From IMG/VR virus record IMGVR_UViG_3300042691_037543, positions 1 through 64,000 of that record: DNA of 64,000 nt; one strand, given 5' to 3'. The notes beneath the pieces were generated by a model. The model was given only the letters and a program-made list of their open reading frames with translations. It did not search any database and had not been told where the DNA came from. Both the position numbers and the translations under genes were made by a program. This document shows positions 45,836-55,973 of this stretch, piece after piece (positions within the stretch are counted from its first letter, which is position 1; each line of letters opens with the position of its first letter). The DNA comes from a virus.

Positions 45836-46645
45836 TCAGTACCCCAGGTCGTAGATGAGGATTCCGTACCGAGCGCCGATATACGCGCGAACACGGCGCC
45901 GCTCCGCGAGGGTGAGCTCTCGGCTGAAACCGATGATCTCGCAGTAGGAGTTTTCAACGCCGACGGCGACACCCGGTTGCTCTCGCCCGAGGAACGCCGG
46001 GAACGACGGGTCCGCGGTATCCACAGCCGCCGCGAGCACGCCGTCCGCTCGGTACAGCCACCCGTCGGAGAGGGTGAGTAGCTTCGTCGTGGCGCCGGGG
46101 GTCCACAGCCACTCGTCTACGCGCCAGCCCGAGCCGTACACGCTCCCGGTGGTCGTGGCATTCATCGGGTAAGGCGCACCGGCCGCGCGAACATTCACGA
46201 ATTGCTGGTAATCCGCGATGCGCCTGTACAGGTTACCGACGCGCCCAATCCCACCGTCGCACGTCGCGAGGTGCGTGCTGAACGACGTGAACGACGGCGC
46301 GCTCGTCACGACGAAGACGTGCGAGTTCGGCGTGTGGAGCCACTTCCAGTCGCTCGCCGCAGTCACCGCTTGCATGAAGCGCGTGTTGCCGATGGAGAGC
46401 GACGGAAGGCCACGACCACCACCCGCCGCACTGTACGGAGGCTGCGCGCCCGCGGTGTTCTGCACGAAGTCCCGCCCGTTGCCGCTCTGGTCCGCCCACG
46501 CAACGACGTTCGCGCCATTGAAAGTCAAGCCCAAGTCAGAGCGCAGCCAAAGTGCGGGGGCGAGCGAGAGCATGGAGAACGACGCCCCAGCGAGGACGCC
46601 CTCGACGTTGAGTAGTCGGCCGCCGCTACTAAGGAGCTCGGGCAC
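45836..46645 (-). CDS. LamG/concanavalin-like virion protein
   Basis: LWLRSD...VVAWADQSGNGRD..Q...QP; EIIGFSRELT..ER..V..Y...RYG. Confidence 0.8.
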   Translation of the reverse strand: MPELLSSGGRLLNVEGVLAGASFSMLSLAPALWLRSDLGLTFNGANVVAWADQSGNGRDFVQNTAGAQPPYSAAGGGRGLPSLSIGNTRFMQAVTAASDWKWLHTPNSHVFVVTSAPSFTSFSTHLATCDGGIGRVGNLYRRIADYQQFVNVRAAGAPYPMNATTTGSVYGSGWRVDEWLWTPGATTKLLTLSDGWLYRADGVLAAAVDTADPSFPAFLGREQPGVAVGVENSYCEIIGFSRELTLAERRRVRAYIGARYGILIYDLGY

Positions 46646-46648
46646 GGC

Positions 46649-46933
46649 TCAGCTCTCCGCGATGATCTGGACGACGAGCCCCGTGGCAGAGGCCGCGCGC
46701 TTGAACCAGAGCTTCGTCACGCCCTGCTTGAAAACCATGCCGGCGCTCGGCGTCCCCGGTGTGAACTGCGCATGGTCCGTCACGCCGTCGTAGCTCATCA
46801 GCGCCGCCACGCTCGGGTGCTCGTTGATGACGGCGAGCGACTTGGGGACGAAGGGAATCGTCACCGAGGGCGAGCCGGCCGCGGGGTACGCGGAGACGGC
46901 ATCGAGGGTCACGGTCGTGCGGTACTGAGCCAT
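46649..46933 (-). CDS. Small beta-rich structural protein (94 aa)
   Basis: Located in the fibre region, upstream of the LamG gene. Confidence 0.7.
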   Translation of the reverse strand: MAQYRTTVTLDAVSAYPAAGSPSVTIPFVPKSLAVINEHPSVAALMSYDGVTDHAQFTPGTPSAGMVFKQGVTKLWFKRAASATGLVVQIIAES

Positions 46934-46951
46934 GCCGGCGAGCGTAGCGCG

Positions 46952-49900
46952 CTACGGCTCGAACACCAATTCCGCACTGTAGAGGGCTTTCGGCGAGGTG
47001 TTCCCGCCGTTATCACCGTCCACCGTGACCGTGAAAATGTCGCCGTCGGCCGGCGGCCAGTTCGACCCGCCAAGGGTGTTGAGGTTCGGCGACACGAGCT
47101 CGACGAGCGCTAGGGAACTCGACTCCAAGTAGAACTGCCCCACGTCGAGCTCCACGGCGCCGACTGTGCTGTTGTACAGCCGCACGCGGACGTTCTCGGT
47201 GATGTCGGTCGTCGCGACGACGCATCGGAAGTAGGCCGCGCCGCTGTTGTCGTGCTCGGCGGTACGAAACACGTCGCCACCGCCGGTTACCTCCGCGTTG
47301 ATCGCTTCGAGATACGCCTTGTGCAGCGTCAGAATCGTCCTCGTCGCCGCGGGAGAGCTGCCCGCCCCGAGGTGCGACGCGAGGATCAGCCATCCGCTCG
47401 ACGGGGTGCCGTCGGTGTACGCGCCGAGCTCGTACGAGTCGTTCCACTTGAGCGTGATGTTGCTGCTCTTGTAGTCGATGGTCGTGCCGCTGAATCGCGC
47501 GAGCGTCAGGTCGGTCTTGTAGGTCGGCCCGGTGTACTTCACCCGCAGCTTGCGCCCGTGCGAGAGCTCGGTCGGGTTCGGCAGCGTCACCGTGAACGTG
47601 GTCGCGCCCGCGGGGATGATGAGCGCGTACGTCGTGCTCGGCGCGATGCTCGCCGTGCCCGTGATTACTTGGAGTACCTCGTCGTGCACCGACGTGTACC
47701 CGTTGATTGAGATGCCGGCCTTCGTCTTGTAGGGGATCGTCGAGCTGGCGCCGATGACCGAGTAGTGCCCGCCCACTTGCACGCTGCCCGAAGCGTCGCT
47801 GGTGTTGAACAGATACGAAGTGCTGTTGCCGCTCGCGAAGACGTGGTTGCCGAGGAGCTTCACCACGGAGCTGCCCGACAGCATGAACATGCTGTTTTCG
47901 GTCGCGGTAAGCGCCGCCGTGATCGCGTTCACGCCTGGGAACAACACGAGCTCGGATGCGCCCGCGAGCTTGAACTGCCCGTTCGTCGTCGTGATCTCGG
48001 GATGGAGAATCCCGAGGTACGTCAGACCGCCCGCGGAGGAGTCGAGCACCGGGGGCTGCGCGCTCGACGAGTTCGTAGTCGTCGCCGAGCGCACGCGGAC
48101 GTTGATCTGCCCACCGATGTTTTCAAACGCACCGACGCTGCTCGACGACGTGCACGCGACGCGCTCGAACGTCCCAACAAGCGCCGCCACAACCGCATCG
48201 GTCTTGACGCGGATCGCGCCGACGGAGCCAGACCCGTTGGCCTGCACGCTCACGTCGTCCACGAACATGATCGCGGCAGCCTTGTCACCCGCGGGGTTAA
48301 CAAGGATGCCTTCGTTCGTCCCGGTGTTTTCGACCGTGAGGTGCGCCGCGCCGCAGTAGTCGATATCCGTCGGGCCGTACGAACTGTCTGTCGTGAACGT
48401 CGCGGTGATGCGCGTAACGACGGTCACATCGCGGCAGCCCGCGAGCCCTGTGACGAACCACCCCGGTTCAAGCACCACGGTTTCCGCGTACGTTCCCGGC
48501 AGGAACACGAACACGCACGGGTTGTCGGCGTTCGTGTGACCGTCGGTCTGCGCCTGCGCCTTCGCCGCCGCGTACGTCGCGAACTGCGGGCTCGCGCCGT
48601 AAGGGCCGACGCCCGCAGCGCCGATGATGTACTCCGGCAACACTCCGCGGCTGCCGATGGGTACCCACGCCGAGCCCGTGTAGAACTCGAACTGCCCCGT
48701 CGTGGTGTTGTAGATGAGCAGCGACGTAGCGGGCGACGCGATGGCGTTGCGCTGCGTCGTCGTCATGCGCGGGATGAGCAGACCCTTCGTGGTCGAGTTC
48801 ATCTCCAGCATCGCCGTCGTAACAGGCGTCGTGCCGAGGCCGAGCGACGTTTCGATGCGCGCGGAGCCCGCGCCGGGGTCCGTCGTCGTGCCCACCATCA
48901 AGCCCTGCACCACACGCACGCGGTCGGTCGCGTTCGTGCGCAGGATGATCGGGTTCGCTCCGGTGGCTTCGAGCGTCAGCTCCGCGTTGCCGAGGAGCGT
49001 TCTCCCCGTAGCCATTTGCAGGTTGGCGTCGAAGGTCTTGACGCCCGTGATGGTCTGCGCGCCCGCGAGCTTGACGTAGAGCGCGTCGTTATTTCCTTCG
49101 AGGATTGTCCCGGCCGTCGTGCCGAATGTAACCCCAAGGGTGAACGAGGCCCCGGTGCCTCCTCCCGTGAGCGGCGCGCTGGTGTTGATCGTGATGGAGC
49201 TCGCCGGGGGCGCGGCCCAGGTAGGCGCCGAGCCGGCGCCGTTCGTCTGGAGGAGGTAGCCCGCGGTGCCGGGGGCGAGGCGCACCCACCCAGAGGCGTT
49301 CCGGTAGAGCAAGTCGCCGTGCGCTTCGCTCGCGACGCTGAACGAGAGGTTGAAGGTCGAGCCGGTGGCGCCACCTTGCAGCGGCGACGCGGTGTTGATG
49401 GTGACGGAGCTCGACGCGGGGGTAGCCCACGCCGGCACACCGCCGGAGACGGTGAGCACCTGCCCCGCGCTCCCGATCCCGAGGCGCTGCCACGTCCCAC
49501 CTGCGCGGCGAACAATGTCGCCGTCCGCCTGCCCGGTGAACTGGAACGAGAGCGTGCGGTTGGCGCTCAGGTCTACCGCGGAGTGAACGCCCGCGACGGC
49601 GATGGGCTCGGCGCCCGTGAGCGTGCGAGTGAGCGGAACGAACGCACCGTCGAAGTCGGGGAACGCACCGTCCCACCACAGCGAGTACGGGCCGGAGCCT
49701 GCGGCGACGTGGCCGACGATCCGGCGAACCGTACCCTGCGTCGCCGAGAGCGTGCCCGAGTCGTCGAGGTAGACGAGGGCGCCCACCGCGGGGCTGCCGG
49801 CGACGCTGAGCCCTTGCGCGAGGCCCACCGTGCGAACCTGAAAGAGCTTGCCGGCGGTGATCGCGCCGCCGTCTACCGACTGCACGACCACGCCGAGCAT

Positions 49901-50443
49901 CCCGCGGCAATTCGCCGCCGTCGTGGCGTTCGCCGAGCCCCAGCGCGAGAGCACTTCCTGACCGGGGAGTGTCGCTTTGATCGTCGTCGTGCTGACGACG
50001 CGCACCACCTGCCCTACCGAGAGCGATCCATCTGCGACGCCGATGAACACGCCGGGGTCGGTTTTCGCCGTCTCGGCGAGTTGGAGGACGAGGTTCGCCG
50101 CGAGCGCCCAGCCCTTCGTGGAGTTCACCTCGGAGGTTTCACTCGCCGCCGGGACGCGCATCCGCGTCTTGAGCTGGCGCACGGCGCACACCACCTTGTT
50201 CTCCAAGGTGCCGTTCACCGTGAGCTTGATGAGGTAGCTCCCCTCCTTCTTCGGCGTGAAGGTAACGGAGGGCGCACTCGACGAGCTCAGCGTGTCCGCG
50301 GTGCCGACGGGCTGATCGACGATCTCCCACAGGTACGTTGTCTCGCCGCCCACGTTGTCGTTGGCGAGCGTAACCAGCGTGTCGATGGGGAGATCGTCGT
50401 TCGAGCCGACGACCGCGTTGACGGTGATGAGGGCTTGCGGCAT
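46952..50443 (-). CDS. Tail fibre protein (1163 aa)
   Basis: N-terminal PKD-like YLWEIVDQP..FTP..EGSY; repeated GDI/L.R...W.RL..G.AG.VL; GLLIPRMTTTQR; beta-helix-like segment. Confidence 0.88.
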   Translation of the reverse strand: MPQALITVNAVVGSNDDLPIDTLVTLANDNVGGETTYLWEIVDQPVGTADTLSSSSAPSVTFTPKKEGSYLIKLTVNGTLENKVVCAVRQLKTRMRVPAASETSEVNSTKGWALAANLVLQLAETAKTDPGVFIGVADGSLSVGQVVRVVSTTTIKATLPGQEVLSRWGSANATTAANCRGMLGVVVQSVDGGAITAGKLFQVRTVGLAQGLSVAGSPAVGALVYLDDSGTLSATQGTVRRIVGHVAAGSGPYSLWWDGAFPDFDGAFVPLTRTLTGAEPIAVAGVHSAVDLSANRTLSFQFTGQADGDIVRRAGGTWQRLGIGSAGQVLTVSGGVPAWATPASSSVTINTASPLQGGATGSTFNLSFSVASEAHGDLLYRNASGWVRLAPGTAGYLLQTNGAGSAPTWAAPPASSITINTSAPLTGGGTGASFTLGVTFGTTAGTILEGNNDALYVKLAGAQTITGVKTFDANLQMATGRTLLGNAELTLEATGANPIILRTNATDRVRVVQGLMVGTTTDPGAGSARIETSLGLGTTPVTTAMLEMNSTTKGLLIPRMTTTQRNAIASPATSLLIYNTTTGQFEFYTGSAWVPIGSRGVLPEYIIGAAGVGPYGASPQFATYAAAKAQAQTDGHTNADNPCVFVFLPGTYAETVVLEPGWFVTGLAGCRDVTVVTRITATFTTDSSYGPTDIDYCGAAHLTVENTGTNEGILVNPAGDKAAAIMFVDDVSVQANGSGSVGAIRVKTDAVVAALVGTFERVACTSSSSVGAFENIGGQINVRVRSATTTNSSSAQPPVLDSSAGGLTYLGILHPEITTTNGQFKLAGASELVLFPGVNAITAALTATENSMFMLSGSSVVKLLGNHVFASGNSTSYLFNTSDASGSVQVGGHYSVIGASSTIPYKTKAGISINGYTSVHDEVLQVITGTASIAPSTTYALIIPAGATTFTVTLPNPTELSHGRKLRVKYTGPTYKTDLTLARFSGTTIDYKSSNITLKWNDSYELGAYTDGTPSSGWLILASHLGAGSSPAATRTILTLHKAYLEAINAEVTGGGDVFRTAEHDNSGAAYFRCVVATTDITENVRVRLYNSTVGAVELDVGQFYLESSSLALVELVSPNLNTLGGSNWPPADGDIFTVTVDGDNGGNTSPKALYSAELVFEP

Positions 50444-50477
50444 GGCGCGGGTAGCGTACCGCGCGCGCAGCCCTCAG

Positions 50478-50759
50478 TCAGACGGGCTCGAAAATCCGCG
50501 TGTCGTTGAGCATGAGCGTGCTCGTGTCGATCATCTCGTTCGGGTCATCGACGCTGACGAGCGTGCACGGGCCGTTTGGTATACGCGCGCACGCCGCGAG
50601 CTCGTAGACGCGCCCCTTGTATCGGTACCGTGGCAGGCCGCTATGGGCGGCCTTCACCTGCGGGGTGCGAGCAGGCTTGTACCGCGCGCACGCCGTCTTG
50701 TGGCCGAACACCCCGTCGCAGAGATCGCACTGCGACTGCGAGCCTTCCCATGCGCTCAC
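50478..50759 (-). CDS. Small hypothetical protein (CxxC..H..C motif, DUF1653-like YRYKG segment)
   Basis: GTG50759 overlapping the upstream stop; CDLCDGVFGHKTAC. Confidence 0.55.
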   Translation of the reverse strand: MSAWEGSQSQCDLCDGVFGHKTACARYKPARTPQVKAAHSGLPRYRYKGRVYELAACARIPNGPCTLVSVDDPNEMIDTSTLMLNDTRIFEPV

Positions 50760-50959
50760 TTGGCGAGCACCGCGCGCACGGCGGCGTCTTTCGACTCCAG
50801 CAGCTTGCGCAGCGCGACGGAGCGTTCGGCGTTCCGCGGAGTCGCCGCGACGATGTTGTGGGCGAGGTCGCTGAACGGCTTGCTGGCCGCTTGGAGTTGC
50901 ACGGGCAAGTGCGCATACGAGAAGAATTGCAGGATGGGCTCGGGTTGCTCGGTGTGCAT
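50756..50959 (-). CDS. Acb2/Tad1-like helical hairpin protein (putative immune-signal sponge)
   Basis: ILQFFSYAHLP..LQ..SKPF..LA......PRNAERSVALRKLLESKDAAVRA. Confidence 0.7.
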   Translation of the reverse strand: MHTEQPEPILQFFSYAHLPVQLQAASKPFSDLAHNIVAATPRNAERSVALRKLLESKDAAVRAVLAK

Positions 50960-50968
50960 GCGGCGAGG

Positions 50969-51154
50969 CTAGTGCGCCATGCCCGAGCGCACAACCCACC
51001 GCGGCCAGAACGGGTCGCTGTCGGTGAGGAACCGCAGGAGCTGCTCGTGAACCTGCTCGCGCAAGCGGAGGTTCCACGGCAGCGCAGCGAGGTCACCCTT
51101 GATCCACTGTTCGGCGTAGGCCACCGCCTCGTCGCGATTCTTCGGTACGCGCAT
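50969..51154 (-). CDS. Small hypothetical protein (61 aa)
   Basis: TGATG coupling with upstream gene. Confidence 0.55.
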   Translation of the reverse strand: MRVPKNRDEAVAYAEQWIKGDLAALPWNLRLREQVHEQLLRFLTDSDPFWPRWVVRSGMAH

Positions 51155-52290
51155 CAGTACGACCAGAACACCGTGAAGTGGTACGTCGCCGGGTCGGGCG
51201 TCACCGGGCTCGGGTCCGTCACGGCGTCGTTCTGGTCGATCTGCCGCACGCGGAAGCGAAAGATCGGCTGCCCCTCGGCCACCTGCGTGACCGGCGCGCT
51301 CACCGCAGCGTCGGCGTACGCGGCCACGTCGCCGCTCGTCGCCACCGCGGAGCTCGTCACGGTGATGCTCGCGTGTCGAAACTCACTCCCCGTGACGAGG
51401 TAGAGCAAGCTCGCCTGCGGCGTGAACCCCGCCACCTGCGCGCCGGCCCGTACCGCGATCTCCACCTGCGAGCCGGACACCGACACGCCGCGGGCGATCA
51501 CGTCTACACCCGGCGGGGCTTGGAGGTTCGACAGCGTGGGCAAGAGCGAAACGCCCGTCGCCGGCATCGTCACTCGCCCGCTCGCCATGCCGATGCCGTT
51601 CGGGAACAGCAGCTTGCGAAGGTCGGTGATCTTGTTCTCGGCGATGCTCGTCGCCGCAGCATCGACGAGCACCTCGGCGATCTTGATGTAGCCGGCCGTC
51701 GTGCTCGGCGCCGCGGGGGAACCCGCGGGCGTGCCCGTCTTGTAGTTGATCTTCGCCGCGCCGTTGACGCTCGTGCGCCCGTCTTGGAGGAACGCCAGCG
51801 TCTTGTTCACCAGCGTGGCGACGAACTGCCCCGTGCCGGTGTCGAGCACATCGCGCGAGCTCGAATCGGTGGTGTATCGGTCGTACGCCACTTCGACGAT
51901 GTCGATGCGGGGGTTCGTAGGGTCGGCGGCGGGGACTGCGATGGTCTGCGCGGCGTTGAGAACCAACGGCTTGTACGAACTACGGTCGTCGAGCCCGGTG
52001 ACGCTCCCGATGGCCACGGGTACGTCAGCACCGTTGTTCTGAAAGCCGTACCCAGCGCGCACGACGATGTTCATGCTCGCCGGCGACTCGGGGCCAACAC
52101 GGAACGAATCGCCGAGAAACCCCTCGCCCGCCGCGAGCGTGGGGTTGGCTACCGCCGTACGCACACCGAGGAGGTACTTGAGCATCTCGCGCAGCGACCG
52201 GGCGCTCTGCGACCACTGCTGGTTCATGTCCGTGCTGAGCGGGCGCTCGCGGACGTTGAGAATGACTTGATCCCAGGGGTTGTTCGCCAT
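51154..52290 (-). CDS. Baseplate/tail-fibre attachment protein
   Basis: AADPTNPRIDIV...TGTPAGSPAAP....GYIKIAEVLV....SI....ITDLR. Confidence 0.8.
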   Translation of the reverse strand: MANNPWDQVILNVRERPLSTDMNQQWSQSARSLREMLKYLLGVRTAVANPTLAAGEGFLGDSFRVGPESPASMNIVVRAGYGFQNNGADVPVAIGSVTGLDDRSSYKPLVLNAAQTIAVPAADPTNPRIDIVEVAYDRYTTDSSSRDVLDTGTGQFVATLVNKTLAFLQDGRTSVNGAAKINYKTGTPAGSPAAPSTTAGYIKIAEVLVDAAATSIAENKITDLRKLLFPNGIGMASGRVTMPATGVSLLPTLSNLQAPPGVDVIARGVSVSGSQVEIAVRAGAQVAGFTPQASLLYLVTGSEFRHASITVTSSAVATSGDVAAYADAAVSAPVTQVAEGQPIFRFRVRQIDQNDAVTDPSPVTPDPATYHFTVFWSY

Positions 52291-52292
52291 CG

Positions 52293-53915
52293 CTACTCTC
52301 CTCGGAGCTCCATCACCGACGCGACACCGGCAGCGCGGATGGCCGCGATGTTGTCGAACAGTGTCTTGTAAAACTGCTGCTTGGGAAGGTCGAACCCGTC
52401 GTACCCGCCCTGCACGCCGAAGCTGAACGTGGCCGGCACGTCGAACGCAGCGTATGCGCGGCGCCCGACAACCTCGCCCTGTGTATAGCTGTGGCCGGCA
52501 GCGTTCATCGCGGTGTCGTCGTACGCCATCCCCACGTCTTCGAGGTGGGCGAGGTTCGGGACACCCACAATGAACGCGGCGCGGTACTCCACGTCGTCGA
52601 GCCACCGATTCCGCATCGGGACCGTCGGCGCGGGCCAGTCGTAGCAGAAGATCGACTCGTACGGCGAGAGCCACGCAGGGAGTGCCCCACCGTAGTACGT
52701 CGGCGTGCCAGCTTGATCCGACGGGTAGTCCCAGCACGTCTGGTACGCCGGCTCGAACGTCTCGATGAAGTCGTACGTCAGCCCGTACAGGTCGAACACC
52801 GTCTCCAGAAACCGCTCGATGGCGTCCGGCGAGATGGTGTCCGGCAGCGTGCGGACACGATAGCGGTACTGGTTGTCTGGCTCGTTTCGAGCGCGGGTAA
52901 TTCCTCGGTCGAACCCCACCGCGTCGAGCATGGCCGCCTTGCCGTTCGTAAACGGCAAGATGTTCGTGACCGTGATCGTGTTATCGATGAACGTGCGCGC
53001 GCCGGACGTGTCGAGCTGCACCATCTTCTCGACGGTGTCCACGTCCCCTTCGAGCGTGATCGCCGAAACAGGTGTGATGACGCGGCCGAGCGCGTTGTAC
53101 TGGTAGCTTTTATGAAGCGACCGGGCGCTTGCGGCGATGGGGCCGAGGTCAGATGCACCGAACACAGCGTCCGTCGTCGTGACGAAGCGCCTGCCCGACT
53201 TGCTGCATCGCAGAATGGTGCCAGCACCAACAGTCACCGCGCCGGCCGCGTCGGTTGGGCGCTGAAACTCGACGGTCCCCGTCGCGAATGCGCCGCTGTC
53301 GGCGTACATCGCGAGGTTGCCGCACTCGAATCGCTCGATGGCGAGAGAGATGCGCTCGGCTACGGCGGCGACCGCGCGGAACACCTCGTAGCCGCTGTCC
53401 GTGTAGAGCTTGAGCGGGTCGAGGTACCAGCTCGGTAGGATGTTATCGATCAGCCGCAAGTAGTACGCGGCATCGTGCGCGACGCCGTCGCACTCTGTCG
53501 GCCCAGGCCCCGCCGTGGCAGAGAACGTCGGCACGACGGTTGGCTCGGGCGCAGGCGCCCCGGCTTCCAGCGAGTAAACCGCGGTGTTGTCCGCGAGCTC
53601 ACCGCCGGTGCCGATCGCGAACGTGTGCAGCGTAGGCCCGTCGGGCCAGATGGGTGCCCGCCGGAGCGTGTACCCAAACCCGTTGCCGTAGGTTCCGTGT
53701 ACGACAGCGATGCGTGTCGAGAGCCCGCGGTACGACTCCGTGAACGCCGAGCCATCCCAGGCAACTTCTGTAAGAAGCATCCCAGGAAACTCGACGGAGA
53801 GGATATCCCGCGCGATGGCGGTGCCGTTCTCGTACACCTCGACGTAGATGCCGTCGTCGGTGGCGATCTCGGAGCCCGATGCCGGGCTGTTCGCGGTGAT
53901 GACGGGTGGTGCCAT
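52293..53915 (-). CDS. Baseplate wedge protein (J/I-like domains)
   Basis: ATGTVEF.R....VTVGAGT...FVTT; LDAVGFDRGITR..NEPDNQYRYRV. Confidence 0.75.
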   Translation of the reverse strand: MAPPVITANSPASGSEIATDDGIYVEVYENGTAIARDILSVEFPGMLLTEVAWDGSAFTESYRGLSTRIAVVHGTYGNGFGYTLRRAPIWPDGPTLHTFAIGTGGELADNTAVYSLEAGAPAPEPTVVPTFSATAGPGPTECDGVAHDAAYYLRLIDNILPSWYLDPLKLYTDSGYEVFRAVAAVAERISLAIERFECGNLAMYADSGAFATGTVEFQRPTDAAGAVTVGAGTILRCSKSGRRFVTTTDAVFGASDLGPIAASARSLHKSYQYNALGRVITPVSAITLEGDVDTVEKMVQLDTSGARTFIDNTITVTNILPFTNGKAAMLDAVGFDRGITRARNEPDNQYRYRVRTLPDTISPDAIERFLETVFDLYGLTYDFIETFEPAYQTCWDYPSDQAGTPTYYGGALPAWLSPYESIFCYDWPAPTVPMRNRWLDDVEYRAAFIVGVPNLAHLEDVGMAYDDTAMNAAGHSYTQGEVVGRRAYAAFDVPATFSFGVQGGYDGFDLPKQQFYKTLFDNIAAIRAAGVASVMELRGE

Positions 53916-53916
53916 G

Positions 53917-55125
53917 CTAGTACGCGGGCGCGTCGGGGTTGTTGCTGCCCTGGAGCGTGCGGTCTGGTTGCACGCTGGTGGCGACGACGATGGCGGACGA
54001 GCTGCGGAGCACTTGGAGTGGGGCCACGTTCACGTCACCCACTGGTGAAAGAATCTCCTGCCCCGTTACGTCCAGACCGTTCACCGCGCGGAGTCGTTGA
54101 ATCATGCTGGCGATGGTCAGGTCTTGCCCGGGTGCGAGCGAGTTGATGTACGCCGCGATCACTCCGCGGGCGTTCATCGCCACCGTGTCGGCGTCGCTGC
54201 CGGCGTAGAAGCGCAGACCGAGCGTGACAGCCTGCATCACGACCGATGCGACCTGCACCTGCACGAAGATGCCGGCGGCGCGGGTGTCGGAGAGCGCGTT
54301 GAACACTTGGTTCGCGAGCGTCTGGCTCTGCGACTGATACGACGCGGGCGTCGGGTCCAAGTCCATCAGCGCCTCGGTGAACGCATCGGTTACGATGAGA
54401 TTCACGAAGCGCGCGGGCCGCCCGAGCTGATCCTGCCCCTCGAACGCAGTAGCGGTGCGGACACCCGGGACACCACGCGCCGCAAACTCGATGGCGGGCA
54501 GGGTGCCTCGGCGGGCCGTTGTAAAGAACAACCGCGCCCGCGCGCGCAGCTGGTCGTCTGTCTCTTCGTCGTCGGCGCCCGTCGTCGCGACGGTATTCGT
54601 CACGCGAAGGTCCGCCGGCGCACCGACGATGGGCGTAACGATAGATGTGATCGTGCCGACGCGCGCTTGGTTCTCCAAGCCAGGAAACACGGATCGAACT
54701 TCGACGGCGACCGGCCCCGTGCTACCTGCGTTGAACGTCGCATCGACCCAGGTGATGAACTCCTTACCGTCGGAGGTCTGTAGCTTCACACCCTTGGGGA
54801 TCGAGAACGTGCCGGGCGACGGCGCCGTCGTGCTGAACAGCACCGTACCGAGCGCCTGCGACGCCGGCTTGCGGGTCATGCCGCTGCATCGGTCGAACAC
54901 GAGCCGGTCGAGGTCTTTCTTCTTCGCGACGCTCAGCAACAACGCACCCTGCGCGCGCACCAGCTGCGCGCTCAGGTCATCCCCCACCGAGGCGATGGCC
55001 GCCACGATGGAGTTGGTGTCCGTACCCTCGCGCTCGATCACCTCGCGAGTGAGCTTCGAGTTACGCGACAGCATGGCGTCGCGGGCGATGCGGAAGTAGT
55101 CCTCGAACGAAGGTGCGTCAGCCAT
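53917..55125 (-). CDS. Baseplate J/gp47-like protein
   Basis: LDRL...TRKPA..A.G.V.F; TGADDEETDDQLRAR; RGTLPAIEFAA..VPGV. Confidence 0.9.
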   Translation of the reverse strand: MADAPSFEDYFRIARDAMLSRNSKLTREVIEREGTDTNSIVAAIASVGDDLSAQLVRAQGALLLSVAKKKDLDRLVFDRCSGMTRKPASQALGTVLFSTTAPSPGTFSIPKGVKLQTSDGKEFITWVDATFNAGSTGPVAVEVRSVFPGLENQARVGTITSIVTPIVGAPADLRVTNTVATTGADDEETDDQLRARARLFFTTARRGTLPAIEFAARGVPGVRTATAFEGQDQLGRPARFVNLIVTDAFTEALMDLDPTPASYQSQSQTLANQVFNALSDTRAAGIFVQVQVASVVMQAVTLGLRFYAGSDADTVAMNARGVIAAYINSLAPGQDLTIASMIQRLRAVNGLDVTGQEILSPVGDVNVAPLQVLRSSSAIVVATSVQPDRTLQGSNNPDAPAY

Positions 55126-55133
55126 GTTCGCCT

Positions 55134-55973
55134 CTACAGGGAGACAACCGCATCGGGGATGCGCGAGCGTACTTGAATCTGGTTGCCCGTGCTGATGCGG
55201 CGGGCGGAAACCGTGACGTAGACGATGCCGTCAGGGTCGATGTCTACCCGTGCTGACACCGTGTCCACGTCCGGCTCCTGGCGAATCTGCCGCTCGATTT
55301 CTGCAACGAGCGCAGGTACGTCGGAGAGTGGTGTCGGCTCCTGCACGCGAAACCCGACGCCGAACCTGTCGCGTGGGATGTGCGTGAACTCACCGGGCCG
55401 CGCGATCAGCCGGCGAACGATCATCTTGTAAAGAAGGTCGTCACCAGAGTCGCTCGCGTAATCGCCGCCAGCCTGCACGGCTAGAATGCCCGACACGTCG
55501 TCTGGCGCAGCCTGCCGGTTACGGATATCGACGAAGTTGACTCGGTTGATTTGCTTGGATGCTGCGGGAACCTGCGCCGCGGCGCAGGACGCGGTGGTCG
55601 GCGCCACCATCGAAGCCCCCGCTGCGGACACAATATTCGGACAGGCCACCTGCAACGTGTGAAACACGTCAGGAAACTTCTCCAAGCAGTACAGCTCGAA
55701 CTGCCGGCCGCCGCTGCCCTCGACCTCGCGCACGGCGATCAGCCGCAGGTTCGTGGTGGCGCCCACAACGCTGATCGACCAGTTGCTCAGGTTGAGCGCA
55801 GCACCCGTGCGGAACGCGGTGCCAACGCGAGCCGGCTCGGTAAAGGTGACACGCACCGTGCGCTCGCTGTTGGCGAACACGTCCTCGATGGAGAACACCC
55901 CCGTGGTCGGCTCGATGCCCCACGGACCTACGCCCCAGTAATCCGTACCGTAGCCGGAACCGTTGCTCGGCAT
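55134..55973 (-). CDS. Baseplate protein with C-terminal gp25/W-like domain
   Basis: RRLIARPGEFTH...FGVG...EIERQIRQEPDV; N-terminal GYG..WG..PWG and Ig-like segment. Confidence 0.75.
   Translation of the reverse strand: MPSNGSGYGTDYWGVGPWGIEPTTGVFSIEDVFANSERTVRVTFTEPARVGTAFRTGAALNLSNWSISVVGATTNLRLIAVREVEGSGGRQFELYCLEKFPDVFHTLQVACPNIVSAAGASMVAPTTASCAAAQVPAASKQINRVNFVDIRNRQAAPDDVSGILAVQAGGDYASDSGDDLLYKMIVRRLIARPGEFTHIPRDRFGVGFRVQEPTPLSDVPALVAEIERQIRQEPDVDTVSARVDIDPDGIVYVTVSARRISTGNQIQVRSRIPDAVVSL

Noticed and set aside
46952-50443. Diversity-generating retroelement or invertible fibre cassette
   Set aside because: No reverse transcriptase, invertase or template/variable repeat pair seen.
42751-50509. 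Very long + strand ORFs (42751..45408, 47765..50509)
   Set aside because: Antisense shadows of high-GC3 minus-strand structural genes; Arg-rich translations with no motifs.
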